Origin: Bacteroidales bacterium
Lineage (GTDB): Bacteria; Bacteroidota; Bacteroidia; Bacteroidales; VadinHA17
Assembly (NCBI GenBank): GCA_022865305.1
Contig: JALHSP010000060.1
Coordinates: forward strand, 39,515-103,514
DNA length: 64,000 bases
Direction: 5' to 3'
The notes under the pieces were generated by a model that saw only the letters and a list, made by a program, of their open reading frames with translations, ran no database searches and was not told where the DNA came from. Positions 42,284-52,610 of this stretch are shown piece after piece; position 1 is the stretch's first letter, and each line of letters starts with the position of its first letter. The position numbers and the translations under genes were made by a program.

Positions 42284-42318
42284 ATTGAGAATCTTTTAAA
42301 GCTGAAAATGATTTGTAA

Positions 42319-44169
42319 TTATTTAAAAACTATTTTATTAGCAGCATCATACATTTTCTGGCTGGCAGCTTTTAATTGAGTTTCAGGAATTTTAATAACC
42401 TTCCTGTCATAAGTCATAAGACCATTACACTCAATTTCAACATCAGTTGTCTGGGTATATATGGCAGCTGACAAGCCTCTTTTTATAAACGGGACTATCT
42501 GGTTGAGATATCCTGAATAAGTTGTAAATAAAGTATCTGCGTCCTGGAATGTCCTGTACCCCCAGTTGTTCTTATCAAGCCAGGTATGCCCTTCGAGGGG
42601 AAGTCCCAGACCACCGAATTCGCCAAGGACCAGAGCCTGTTTTGAACCGAAGACTTCAGGTTTTGCCATAACCGGACCAGGATAATTATGCAGATCAAGT
42701 ATATGACCGACTTCATGGAAATTTCCTCCGCTTGCACTATTAACCAGCCGTGAGGGATCCTTTTGCATCGTCCATTTTGTGATTTCAACACTTTTAAACT
42801 GACCCCAGGCTTCATTAAATGGAACCCACACAACAATACACGGAGAATTGTGCAGGTAATTTATAATAGCATTCCATTCAGTCCTGTATATTCTTTCTGA
42901 TGTTTCTGTCCGGATCTTATCCGACCCGCCTTCCATACCCGGTCGTGTATTCCACTGACCTCCTCCAAGGTCTCCGCTTGGCATATCCTGCCATACCAGC
43001 ATACCTGTCATGTCACAATGATAATACCAGCGGGCAGGTTCAACCTTTACATGCTTTCTTATTGTATTGAAACCCATTTCTTTGGTTTTAACAATATCAA
43101 AGAGAAGGGCTTCATCAGTCGGTGCAGTGTACAAACCATCAGGCCACCATCCCTGGTCAAGAGGGCCGTACTGGAAAACAAATTTATTATTGAGCATCAT
43201 CCTCAGAACACCATTTTCATCAGGACTGACAGAGATCTTACGCATGGCAAAATAGCTTTTAACCTCATCCGTTATTTTGCCTTTTCGCATCACCGAAATC
43301 TTCAGATCGTACAGGAAAGGATTATCAGGAGACCATAATTTCGGATTATTTACAGGCAAAACAATTCCTGTTCCGATTGTAGCGTCCTTTTCAAGAACGG
43401 TTTTCTCACCTTCACGGACTGAAATATGTATTACGTCACCAGGTTCCTGATTCTCAACCCTGACATCCACAGAAAGAATCTGTCTGTCGATATCAGGAAC
43501 CATTTTTAATGAAGATACATAAGCTTCAGGAACTGCCTCCAACCAGACTGTCTGCCAGATACCGGTTACCGAGGTATACCAGATACTACCAGGTTTTGAT
43601 ACCTGTTTGCCGCGTGGTTGAGGACCTTTGTCAGCAGGATCGGTAACCCGAAGCTCCAGAAGCTGCTGTCCGTTTGATTTAAGCAGATCAGTTATATCGA
43701 AATAGAATGGATCATAACCACCCTGGTGAGATCCGGCCTTAGTGCCATTCACATAAATGTCTGATAACCAATCAACTGCCCCAAATTGTAACAATACATG
43801 TTTGTTTTTAAAGGATTTTGGAACTGTGAATCTTGTTCTGTACCATAATATATTTTCCTGACCTACAGGTTTATTTACCCCGGACAGAGCAGATTCCACT
43901 GCAAAAGGGACAAGTATTTTCCCATGAAAAACTTTTGGCATGGTTCCATTTGCAGGGGTAATAGCGTAATCCCATAAACCATTGAGACTTTTCCATTCAG
44001 TTCTGACCATCTGGGGCCGGGGGTACTCAGGAAGCGGATTCAGGGGATTCACATTTGCTGACCATGTGGTTGTGAATTTATTGCCGGCAATTTTCCAGCC
44101 GGAAACCTGCGCATGATTGATTCCTGGAAACAATACCATTACTAACAAAACAGATAATAACTTTTTCAT
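42319..44169 (-). CDS. GH2 glycoside hydrolase (beta-galactosidase-like)
   Basis: PEYPRPQ, LDQGWWPDGLYTAP, RKHVKVEP, WVPFNEAWGQ, GEFGG. Confidence 0.9.
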   Translation of the reverse strand: MKKLLSVLLVMVLFPGINHAQVSGWKIAGNKFTTTWSANVNPLNPLPEYPRPQMVRTEWKSLNGLWDYAITPANGTMPKVFHGKILVPFAVESALSGVNKPVGQENILWYRTRFTVPKSFKNKHVLLQFGAVDWLSDIYVNGTKAGSHQGGYDPFYFDITDLLKSNGQQLLELRVTDPADKGPQPRGKQVSKPGSIWYTSVTGIWQTVWLEAVPEAYVSSLKMVPDIDRQILSVDVRVENQEPGDVIHISVREGEKTVLEKDATIGTGIVLPVNNPKLWSPDNPFLYDLKISVMRKGKITDEVKSYFAMRKISVSPDENGVLRMMLNNKFVFQYGPLDQGWWPDGLYTAPTDEALLFDIVKTKEMGFNTIRKHVKVEPARWYYHCDMTGMLVWQDMPSGDLGGGQWNTRPGMEGGSDKIRTETSERIYRTEWNAIINYLHNSPCIVVWVPFNEAWGQFKSVEITKWTMQKDPSRLVNSASGGNFHEVGHILDLHNYPGPVMAKPEVFGSKQALVLGEFGGLGLPLEGHTWLDKNNWGYRTFQDADTLFTTYSGYLNQIVPFIKRGLSAAIYTQTTDVEIECNGLMTYDRKVIKIPETQLKAASQKMYDAANKIVFK

Positions 44170-44227
44170 AGTTGACTTTTAAGTGTCCTTTTTACACTTA
44201 TTATTTTAATTAACAAATTAGAAATTA

Positions 44228-46030
44228 TTAACCTTTTCTGATTGCCCTGAACCAGTTTGGTATGGCATTAAATATAATTATAATAACCGAAATTATGATA
44301 CTTAACGTCAGTATTAGATTGATCAGTCCCGGAATCATTGTTGCAGCTTCACCTACCTGGGGGATATAAATATTTTTTATGTTCAGGAATGCTGCAGTCA
44401 TAGTAGTTATGCCTACAAATGTCATTGGCAAAATTGTCACCCATGCATACTTTGTCCTGCCGCGGTTTATTATAAAAGAGGTCCCTATAGCCAGGGCAAT
44501 TGTGGCAAGTAGCTGATTGGCAGTACCGAACATTGGCCAGATTGTAGCTACTGTCCCGGTATAGATGAAATAACCCCAGGCAAAAACAATCAGGCCGCTG
44601 GTTATCAGGTTTCCCGGCAGCCAGTTGGTTTTCTGAAATGGCGGATAAATTTTACCAAATGCTTCCTGTAGTAGAAATCTGCCGATACGTGTTCCGGCAT
44701 CGATTGTTGTCAGAATAAATAATGCCTCAAACATTATGGCAAAATGGTACCAGTACGACATCAGGTGCTTCATGCCGGGAATAGATGAGAATATATATGC
44801 CATTCCGACTCCCAGAGAAACAGCTCCCCCTGTGCGTCCTGCAATTTTTTCACCAACGCTGGCAGAAAGCTGATCAATATTTGATTCTGTGAAACCCATT
44901 TCATACAGTTTCGGAAGTATTGCCTGGAGCTTTTCAACCGGAACATTTATCTGAAAATAATCTAACGGAAGGAGGCTGGTTGCAGCGATCAATGCCATAA
45001 TGCTGATAGCACCCTCAGTAAGCATTGAACCAACGGCAATAGGCTTTATATGAGACTCTTTCATCACCATTTTGGGAGTTGTTCCGGAACTTACCAGAGA
45101 GTGAAATCCGGAAATTGCACCACAGGCAATAGTAATGAAAAGGTAAGGGAATAATTTCCCCGGAATTATAGGCCCTCCCCCTTTACCGAACTCAGTAAAT
45201 GCCGGCATCTTTATTTCCGGTGCGACAATAATCAACCCTATTGCGAGTAATCCGATTACTGAAATTTTCATAATAGAACTCAGGTAATCGCGGGGGGAAA
45301 GTAAAAGCCATACCGGAAGAACTGATGCAAGAAATCCGTAAACGGCGATAATAATCGTCAGTGTCTTATGATTAAATGTAAACCAGGTTGAAAACTGGGA
45401 ATCAGGTACATATCGGCCAAATACAACTGCAAGTACCAGCATAATTACACCGAATAGTGTTGCTTCAAGTGTTTTGCCTTTCCTGATCTTAAACATCCAC
45501 AATCCCATAATAATTGCAATAGGAATGGTAGATGCAATGGTGAATGTTCCCCACGGGCTTTCAGCCAGAGCATTAACGACCACCAGACCTAATCCTGCCA
45601 GAGCAACAATTATAATCAGTATAATAGCAAAGGTTGTTGTAATACCGCTGACTTTATTGATTTCAGCTTTTGCTATAGCTGCGAGTGACTTACCATCGTG
45701 CTGGACTGAAGCAGTCAATATTACGAAATCGTGGACTGCACCTGCCATAACAGCGCCGATCAGCATCCATAAAAATCCGGGCATGAATCCAAACTGTGCT
45801 GCCAGAACAGGCCCGACAAGAGGGCCTGCCCCGGCAATTGCAGCAAAATGATGGCCGAATAATACCCATTTATTCATTGGATAATAATTCTGACCGTCAT
45901 ACAGCCTGTGTGCCGGGGTTAGCGCCAGATCGTTTGTTACCGCAACCTTTGCCGCAACAAAGCTGAAATAGAGCCTGTAAGCAATTGCAAAAAGGGCTAT
46001 GGAACCGATTACAAATGGCATTGCATTCAT
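44228..46030 (-). CDS. cstA: Carbon starvation protein A (peptide/pyruvate transporter)
   Basis: [33 protein letters not shown]; ATG 46030 preferred. Confidence 0.93.
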   Translation of the reverse strand: MNAMPFVIGSIALFAIAYRLYFSFVAAKVAVTNDLALTPAHRLYDGQNYYPMNKWVLFGHHFAAIAGAGPLVGPVLAAQFGFMPGFLWMLIGAVMAGAVHDFVILTASVQHDGKSLAAIAKAEINKVSGITTTFAIILIIIVALAGLGLVVVNALAESPWGTFTIASTIPIAIIMGLWMFKIRKGKTLEATLFGVIMLVLAVVFGRYVPDSQFSTWFTFNHKTLTIIIAVYGFLASVLPVWLLLSPRDYLSSIMKISVIGLLAIGLIIVAPEIKMPAFTEFGKGGGPIIPGKLFPYLFITIACGAISGFHSLVSSGTTPKMVMKESHIKPIAVGSMLTEGAISIMALIAATSLLPLDYFQINVPVEKLQAILPKLYEMGFTESNIDQLSASVGEKIAGRTGGAVSLGVGMAYIFSSIPGMKHLMSYWYHFAIMFEALFILTTIDAGTRIGRFLLQEAFGKIYPPFQKTNWLPGNLITSGLIVFAWGYFIYTGTVATIWPMFGTANQLLATIALAIGTSFIINRGRTKYAWVTILPMTFVGITTMTAAFLNIKNIYIPQVGEAATMIPGLINLILTLSIIISVIIIIFNAIPNWFRAIRKG

Positions 46031-46097
46031 CTGGCTGATGAAATTAGAAACAATCACCTAAAATAGACATTTCCCCGAATACAAGAAATTCTAATTA

Positions 46098-48044
46098 TCA
46101 CAACCGGTTGATCCTTTTTTTAACCCGTTGATCAATAATTATTGGAACCTGCTCAATGATTGTGTTAGTGGAATCAAGATTAAGCGTCCTGATATCAGTA
46201 ATGCTGAGTTTCCTGAGAAGGCCATTAATGGCAAGGATGAAGTTTTCCCTGTTGGACAGGTTAGCATCACGTGACATAATCCTTTCAATCAGTATAAATT
46301 TGAAATCTGCCGGAATATCATGCTTCCGTAATGAATCAAAGCTGCTTTCAAGCTTTATCTCCCCAGATTTCACAAGGTCCTCAAGCACCTCCCTGAAATA
46401 AAGATTGATTTTTGGATCAACTTTAAATCCTAAATGGAAATCGATTCTGATGAGTATGCCCGGAATAATCTGGGTAACCTGGTAATTAAACCTGTTTGGT
46501 TCATTTACCCTGTCTACATGAAGCAGCCAGTATGTTTTTGCCCTTTTAGGCTGTTTTTGAAAAATAGAATAAATAACTTTCGATTCAACCTGGTCTTTTC
46601 TGTTGGCACGTATTATATATACAAGGTTTGTGGCAAGCATGGGGACAGATTCATCTTTGCTGAGATCCCTGAACAGATCAAGATACTTGTCGAGGTCCGC
46701 AAAAGTAATGTACCGGTTCTTTATTTTTCGTCCGAAATACCAGCCAAACATTATCAGGAAATAAATTGATGCGAGGAAGAGCGTAAACCATCCTCCATAC
46801 ATGAATTTGTGGAGGTTTGCAATCAGGAAGCTTCCCTCGACGGTGAGATAGATCATCAAAAACAACAAAATAAGCCGGTGGTTCAATCCTTTACTGTACA
46901 AATAATATGACAGAAGGAATGTGGTCATAATCATGGTGATCATAATAGCAAGACCATATGCGGCAGTCATATTTGATGATTCTTTGAAAAAGATTACAAC
47001 CAGACTACACGCTATCCAGAAAAACCAGTTAACAAATGGCATATAAACCTGTCCCCTGACATAAGTGGGATGCAATACCTTTATCTTTGGCCAAAAATTA
47101 AGTGAAACAGCCTCGCTTACAAGCGTAAATGATCCGCTGATGATTGCCTGACTGGCAATTATTGCAGCAACTGTTGCCAGAATTATACCGGGTATTAAAA
47201 ACCATTTCGGCATTATTTCAAAGAAAGGATTGATATCCGTACCTGACTCAAAATTGTTCATTAACCATGCTCCCTGCCCGAAGTAATTTAGAAGCAAAGT
47301 AATTTTAACAAATGCCCATGACACTTGGATATTTGTCCGTCCGCAATGCCCTAGGTCAGCATAAAGAGCCTCAGCACCGGTTGTACAGAGAAAAACAGCT
47401 CCCAAAAGAATAAAACCGCCGGGATATTCACTCAGAAACCGGTATGCATAAACCGGACTGATTGCCCGTAAAATATCGGGGTGTAAAAGCAACTGCGAAA
47501 ATCCCAGGATACCGAGTGTTGAAAACCATATAACCATTACTGGTCCAAAGGAGCTCCCGAGAAAATTGGTACCGAATTGCTGGATAAAGAAAAGAACCGC
47601 AAAAATAATAAGAACAATAGGGATAACCGGAATTGAGGGATTATACAGCTTTAATCCTTCAATGGACGAAGTAACGGTGATTGAAGGAGTGATAACACCA
47701 TCTGCGAGAAGAGCAGCCCCTCCTATCATTGTAAGGATGGCAGCCCACGCTGGTTTCTCCTTAATCAGGGCAAATAAGGAAAATATCCCTCCCTCCCCGT
47801 TATTATCAGCCCTTAATGTTATTAAAACATACTTAATTGTGGTAAACAGCGTCAGTGTCCAGAAAATGCACGATAAGCTGCCATAAACAAGTAATTCATT
47901 AAAATTGGCCGATCCTCCGACGATAATAGCCTTCATGGTATAGAGCGGGCTTGTTCCCAGATCACCAAAGACTATTCCCAGGGTTACTAACAGACCGGCA
48001 AGCGAAAGCTTCTTGATAACAGAACTTTGTTCAGTCTCTTTCAT
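46098..48044 (-). CDS. kup: KUP/HAK/KT potassium transporter
   Basis: GIVFGDLGTSPLY, ADNNGEGG, TGAEALYADLGH. Confidence 0.96.
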   Translation of the reverse strand: MKETEQSSVIKKLSLAGLLVTLGIVFGDLGTSPLYTMKAIIVGGSANFNELLVYGSLSCIFWTLTLFTTIKYVLITLRADNNGEGGIFSLFALIKEKPAWAAILTMIGGAALLADGVITPSITVTSSIEGLKLYNPSIPVIPIVLIIFAVLFFIQQFGTNFLGSSFGPVMVIWFSTLGILGFSQLLLHPDILRAISPVYAYRFLSEYPGGFILLGAVFLCTTGAEALYADLGHCGRTNIQVSWAFVKITLLLNYFGQGAWLMNNFESGTDINPFFEIMPKWFLIPGIILATVAAIIASQAIISGSFTLVSEAVSLNFWPKIKVLHPTYVRGQVYMPFVNWFFWIACSLVVIFFKESSNMTAAYGLAIMITMIMTTFLLSYYLYSKGLNHRLILLFLMIYLTVEGSFLIANLHKFMYGGWFTLFLASIYFLIMFGWYFGRKIKNRYITFADLDKYLDLFRDLSKDESVPMLATNLVYIIRANRKDQVESKVIYSIFQKQPKRAKTYWLLHVDRVNEPNRFNYQVTQIIPGILIRIDFHLGFKVDPKINLYFREVLEDLVKSGEIKLESSFDSLRKHDIPADFKFILIERIMSRDANLSNRENFILAINGLLRKLSITDIRTLNLDSTNTIIEQVPIIIDQRVKKRINRL

Positions 48045-48283
48045 GATTTTTCCCGCAATTAAACAGTACTATTTGCCAGAAAAGGAAGCAAAGTTAAAAA
48101 TTAATAAACTCTGCAAAAGGTTAAAGTGATATATTTTTGATGGCTTTCGGGTATGCAAAGTTATTCATTTGGCTATTTTATTGTTTTAAATCAAAGTCAG
48201 GAAAACTATCTTTGTGATCTTAAAGTTCAGAGAAATAAGCTGTCTGATCCGAAATTAAGTTGTGATTTAATTACAGACATAAC

Positions 48284-49405
48284 ATGTTAAGGCAATTGTT
48301 AATCAGCATATTCCTCACCTGTGTATCAGTGTCAGCCAAAGGACAGGACACAGTATCATCGCCCGCAAAGATTTCTCTTCTTTTTATCGGGGATATTATG
48401 GGTCATGATGAGCAGATATTGTCAGCCGAGAACAGGGACACCCGCACATACAGTTATGATGACGTTTTCAGGTATATCAAACCCGTTATTTCAGAAGCGG
48501 ACATTGCAATAGCTAATTTTGAGGTAACTCTTGCTGGTCCTCCCTATAAAGGATATCCCCTGTTCAGTTCTCCGGCATCCCTTGCTGCAGCCTGTAAAAA
48601 TGCCGGAATTGACTACCTGGTCACAGCTAATAATCATGCTGCCGACCGGGGTAAAACCGGGATAGCCGGTACTATAAACAGGCTTGACAGCATCGGAATG
48701 CCCCATACCGGAACATTTCCAGACCAGGCAGCAAGGGACAGTCTCTACCCTCTAATGATTAAGCAATCCGGGGTTTCACTGGCAATTCTTAACTATACAT
48801 ACGGAACTAATGGTCTCAAAGTTCCGGGACCAGTAATTGTCAATATGCTTGATAAAAACCTTATTATCAATGATATCGAGAAAGCCAGACATAAGAATCC
48901 CGATCTGATTATTTTGCTTCTGCACTGGGGAACAGAATATGATACCATTCCATCAAAGATCCAGACAGATCTTGCTGAGTATTTTTTCTCGCAGGGGGTT
49001 GATCTGATAATAGGTTCGCATCCGCATGTCCTTCAAAAAATGGTCTGGCACAAAAGAGATTCTGCTGATAAAGACAGAATTCTGGTTTATTCTCTCGGCA
49101 ATTTTATAACAAATCAGAGAAAGCCGAAAACTGACGGTGGCTCTATGGTAAGAATCGAACTGACCCGGAATGGAAATTCATTAGATGTCTCAGATGCCGG
49201 ATATTACCTTACGTGGGTTTATACACCTGTAGAAAAATACAGGAAAAAGTTTTATATTCTTCCCTGTTCCGAATATGAAAACAAACCTGAATTCTTCACC
49301 GATCCTTCCAGCTACGCAAAGATGAAGAAATTCATAACCGACTCAAGAGCACTGCTTTATGAACAAAACATAAATATACGGGAATTTACTTATATAGTTA
49401 ATTAA
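48284..49405 (+). CDS. CapA family metallophosphoesterase-fold protein
   Basis: FIGDIMGH, TANNHAAD, LHWGTEY, IGSHPHVLQ, YSLGNF. Confidence 0.92.
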   Translation: MLRQLLISIFLTCVSVSAKGQDTVSSPAKISLLFIGDIMGHDEQILSAENRDTRTYSYDDVFRYIKPVISEADIAIANFEVTLAGPPYKGYPLFSSPASLAAACKNAGIDYLVTANNHAADRGKTGIAGTINRLDSIGMPHTGTFPDQAARDSLYPLMIKQSGVSLAILNYTYGTNGLKVPGPVIVNMLDKNLIINDIEKARHKNPDLIILLLHWGTEYDTIPSKIQTDLAEYFFSQGVDLIIGSHPHVLQKMVWHKRDSADKDRILVYSLGNFITNQRKPKTDGGSMVRIELTRNGNSLDVSDAGYYLTWVYTPVEKYRKKFYILPCSEYENKPEFFTDPSSYAKMKKFITDSRALLYEQNINIREFTYIVN

Positions 49406-49414
49406 TTGATAATA

Positions 49415-49540
49415 AACGACGCCGGAGAGCCTGCCCCGCCCAGCGGGGCGTCCAATTCCATCCCGATAGCTATCGGGAGCCATGGTTACATCCATGGAAA
49501 ACATGGGGTTAAAGAATTCAACGCCGGAGGTGTTGAATAA
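49415..49540. repeat. REPIN-like unit (family B) with two palindromic insertions
   Basis: gacgcc-gga-[ins]-ggcgtc ... ccatggttacatccatgg ... ttcaacgccggaggtgttgaa; homologous to 62967-63055. Confidence 0.8.
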
Positions 49541-49642
49541 ATAAATATGATAAAATAAAATTCTTCAACCATTTAGTTTAATCCTGTTTTTATAAATATA
49601 ATTGCATAACAAAGATCAGATATTTACGGTTTGGATAATTTT

Positions 49643-50353
49643 ATGACCGATTCCATAACAATACTTACTGTCACAGCCATCTCCATCGGCTTCCTGCATA
49701 CTATCCTCGGACCTGATCATTATCTGCCATTTATTGTACTCAGCCAGGCGAAAAGATGGACGCTGAAGAAAACCATGTCTATAACATTTTTTTGTGGTCT
49801 TGGCCACGTTTTAAGCTCTGTGATACTTGGCCTCGTCGGTGTTGCTGTCGGAATATCTTTAAAAAAACTTGTCGCAGTTGAATCATTCAGGGGTAATATT
49901 GCTGCATGGCTGTTTATCGCTTTCGGGCTGGTTTATATGGTAATAAGTATAAGAAACCTTATCAAGGGAAGAAAACACAACCATTCACATTTTCATATCG
50001 GTGGAGAAAGCCATTCGCACGAACATGAGCACCACAAAGAGCATACACATATTCATGAGAATGATATAGTCAGAACTACACCATGGATTCTTTTCCTCAT
50101 ATTTGTTTTTGGACCGTGTTAACCTCTTATCCCTATTCTGATGTATCCTGCTGCTGAAAATAATATTCCGGGTGCAGTTCTTGTAACATTGCTATTTTCT
50201 GTAGTGACTATTGCAACAATGATGTCTGTAGTACTGGCATTTAAGCTGGGATTAAACAAAATCAACCTGAAACCGGTTGAAAAATTCAGTCATCTTATTG
50301 CCGGAACAATGATCTTCCTTTCATGTATGGCGATCCAGTTCCTTGGTCTTTAG
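49643..50353 (+). pseudogene. His-rich nickel/cobalt transporter-like membrane protein with one in-frame TAA
   Basis: HTILGPDHYLPF, His-rich loop, then FVFGPC*PLIPILMYPAA continuing in the same frame (TAA 50120-50122). Confidence 0.82.
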
Positions 50354-50435
50354 GCATTTCTTAATGATCCCTGGAGTTTGTGCCGTATCGAATTCACTTT
50401 AAATTATTAGCTTTACAAAAAATAAAAACCATAGG

Positions 50436-51080
50436 ATGAATTACGATTACAATACTCAGCGTAAAAGGATGGCATTGCCTGAATACGGCAGGAACGTTCA
50501 GAAAATGGTTGATCATATCAAAACCATTGAGGACAGGGATGAAAGGAACAGGGCAGCAAAGACAATAATCCAGATAATGGGTAACCTTAATCCTCATCTC
50601 CGCGATATAGGAGATTTCAAGCATAAACTATGGGATCATCTCGCATTAATAGCGGACTTTGAACTGGATATTGACACCCCATTTCCTCCTCCTGAAGCTT
50701 CAAAGTTCAATGAAAAACCGAAGCAGGTACCTTACAAGCAGGGGAATATCAGGTTCCTTCATTACGGAAGAATAATTGAATTACTGATTGACGCTGCTTC
50801 CGGGATGGATGAAGGTGAAGAGAAAGAGTACCTTACTACACTGATAGTGAACCAGATGAAGAAATCATATATTACCTGGAACAGAGGACAGGTTGCTGAT
50901 GAGGTAATAATCGGCGACATGAAGATGTTGTCGGGCGGTAAATTAAAAATGACAGAAGGTGTGAAAATTCTTGAAGTAAAAGAACTTATGCCTCCTGTCA
51001 GAAGAAAGCCGCAAAGAATAACACATGGTAAACAGCTGAATAAACAGTTCAACAAGAAAAAAGGGCATAGCCGTCACTGA
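50436..51080 (+). CDS. DUF4290 family protein
   Basis: YNTQR..MALPEYGRNVQKMV...HKLWDHL; usual neighbour of murA in Bacteroidota. Confidence 0.88.
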   Translation: MNYDYNTQRKRMALPEYGRNVQKMVDHIKTIEDRDERNRAAKTIIQIMGNLNPHLRDIGDFKHKLWDHLALIADFELDIDTPFPPPEASKFNEKPKQVPYKQGNIRFLHYGRIIELLIDAASGMDEGEEKEYLTTLIVNQMKKSYITWNRGQVADEVIIGDMKMLSGGKLKMTEGVKILEVKELMPPVRRKPQRITHGKQLNKQFNKKKGHSRH

Positions 51081-52384
51081 TGGGTACTTTTATTGTACAA
51101 GGCGGAAAATCACTCAAAGGAGAAATAACGCCGCAGGGAGCCAAGAATGAAGCTTTACAGGTTATCTGTGCCACCCTCCTTACCTCTGAAAAAATCACAA
51201 TAAAAAACATACCTGATATTAGCGATGTCAAAAAACTAATTGAACTTATTGGTTGTCTTGGCGTTAAGATAACCATGGAATCAGATTCAGTTACAAGTTT
51301 TGAAGCTGCAACTATCAATCTCGATTATCTTCAGACAAAAGAATTCATATCTCAGAGCTCCAGCTTAAGGGGATCGATTATGATTGTTGGTCCGCTTCTG
51401 GCACGTTTCGGAAAAGCATTTATTCCAAAACCTGGTGGTGATAAGATAGGACGACGCAAGGTCGACACCCATTTCATTGGATTCAGGAAATTGGGAGCTG
51501 AATTCAACTATGACTCTTCCGATTCCTTTTTTAAAGTCGAAGCCCCCTTTCTGACCGGGACCTATATACACCTTGATGAGGCATCAGTAACAGGAACAGC
51601 GAATATTATTATGGCTGCTGTTATGGCAAAAGGCCGTACAACAATTTATAACGCTGCATGTGAACCTTACGTGCAGCAGCTTTGCAGAATGCTTGTTAAA
51701 ATGGGAGCAAAAATTGAAGGTATTGGTTCTAACCTTCTGTATATCGACGGAGTAACCGGACTTAAAGGATGTATGCATACTATTCTGCCGGACATGATTG
51801 AAATCGGCTCATTCATCGGTCTTGCTGCAATGACTGAATCGGAAATCACAATTAAAAATGTATCATACGAAAATCTTGGCATTATTCCCGATTCATTCCG
51901 TAAACTAGGAATCAACTTTGAACGGAATGGCGATGACATTCATGTTCCTCACCAGGACCATTATGAAATAGAAACGTTTATTGATGGTTCGATTATGACT
52001 ATCGCTGATGCCATATGGCCGGGCTTAACACCTGATTTATTAAGTGTTCTGCTTGTTACTGCCACCCAGGCTAAAGGTGCTGTCCTGATCCATCAGAAAA
52101 TGTTCGAAAGCAGGCTTTTCTTCGTGGACAAACTGATTGATATGGGTGCTCAGATAATCCTTTGTGATCCTCACAGGGCAACCGTAATCGGCCTAGATAA
52201 AATGATAAAATTAAGGGGAACAGTGATGTCATCGCCTGATATCAGGGCAGGAGTTGCTCTTCTTATAGCTGCATTATCGGCAGAGGGGAAAAGCGTAATA
52301 CATAATATTGAACAGATTGACAGGGGCTACCAGGATATCGATACTCGGCTTAACGCTCTTGGTGCGGATATCAGGAGAATCTGA
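51080..52384 (+). CDS. murA: UDP-N-acetylglucosamine 1-carboxyvinyltransferase
   Basis: GAKNEAL, PGGDKIGRR (Asp at the fosfomycin-target Cys position), ASVTGTANI, DIRAG. Confidence 0.97.
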   Translation: MGTFIVQGGKSLKGEITPQGAKNEALQVICATLLTSEKITIKNIPDISDVKKLIELIGCLGVKITMESDSVTSFEAATINLDYLQTKEFISQSSSLRGSIMIVGPLLARFGKAFIPKPGGDKIGRRKVDTHFIGFRKLGAEFNYDSSDSFFKVEAPFLTGTYIHLDEASVTGTANIIMAAVMAKGRTTIYNAACEPYVQQLCRMLVKMGAKIEGIGSNLLYIDGVTGLKGCMHTILPDMIEIGSFIGLAAMTESEITIKNVSYENLGIIPDSFRKLGINFERNGDDIHVPHQDHYEIETFIDGSIMTIADAIWPGLTPDLLSVLLVTATQAKGAVLIHQKMFESRLFFVDKLIDMGAQIILCDPHRATVIGLDKMIKLRGTVMSSPDIRAGVALLIAALSAEGKSVIHNIEQIDRGYQDIDTRLNALGADIRRI

Positions 52385-52401
52385 AATTCCTTAAGTATTT
52401 T

Positions 52402-52530
52402 GGCACAAGGGCGCAGGGGCTCAGGGGCTCAAAGGCAAAAATTGCTTTTTAGTATTCATCCTGTTTCGCCTTTATGCCGTTACGCCTTTATACCTCTGTG
52501 CCTATATGCCTTTGCGCCTTTGTACCTTTA
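52402..52530. repeat. Oppositely oriented 8-bp tandem repeat arrays
   Basis: ggcacaag/ggcgcagg/ggctcagg/ggctcaaa/ggcaaaa (52402-52440), then eight cgccttta-like units (52467-52530). Confidence 0.8.
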
Positions 52531-52535
52531 TCTAC

Positions 52536-52576
52536 CTGCCAAATTGTCAAATATATCTCCATGGCAGACATTTTGT
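52536..52576 (+). promoter_or_regulatory. Putative sigma-54-like promoter and upstream dyad for grpE-dnaJ
   Basis: ctgccaaattgtca, then tGGcagacattttGT (GG-N10-GT). Confidence 0.4.
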
Positions 52577-52610
52577 TAATAATCAAATATTAATGAGAAA
52601 AATTTGAGTG

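Noticed and set aside
50120-50122. Stop-codon recoding (selenocysteine, pyrrolysine or alternative code)
   Set aside because: The codon is TAA, which terminates many genes in the window; a point mutation or error is simpler.
51430-51460. MurA with Asp in place of the fosfomycin-reactive Cys (PGGDKIG)
   Set aside because: Common intrinsic state in Bacteroidota, not an acquired resistance trait.
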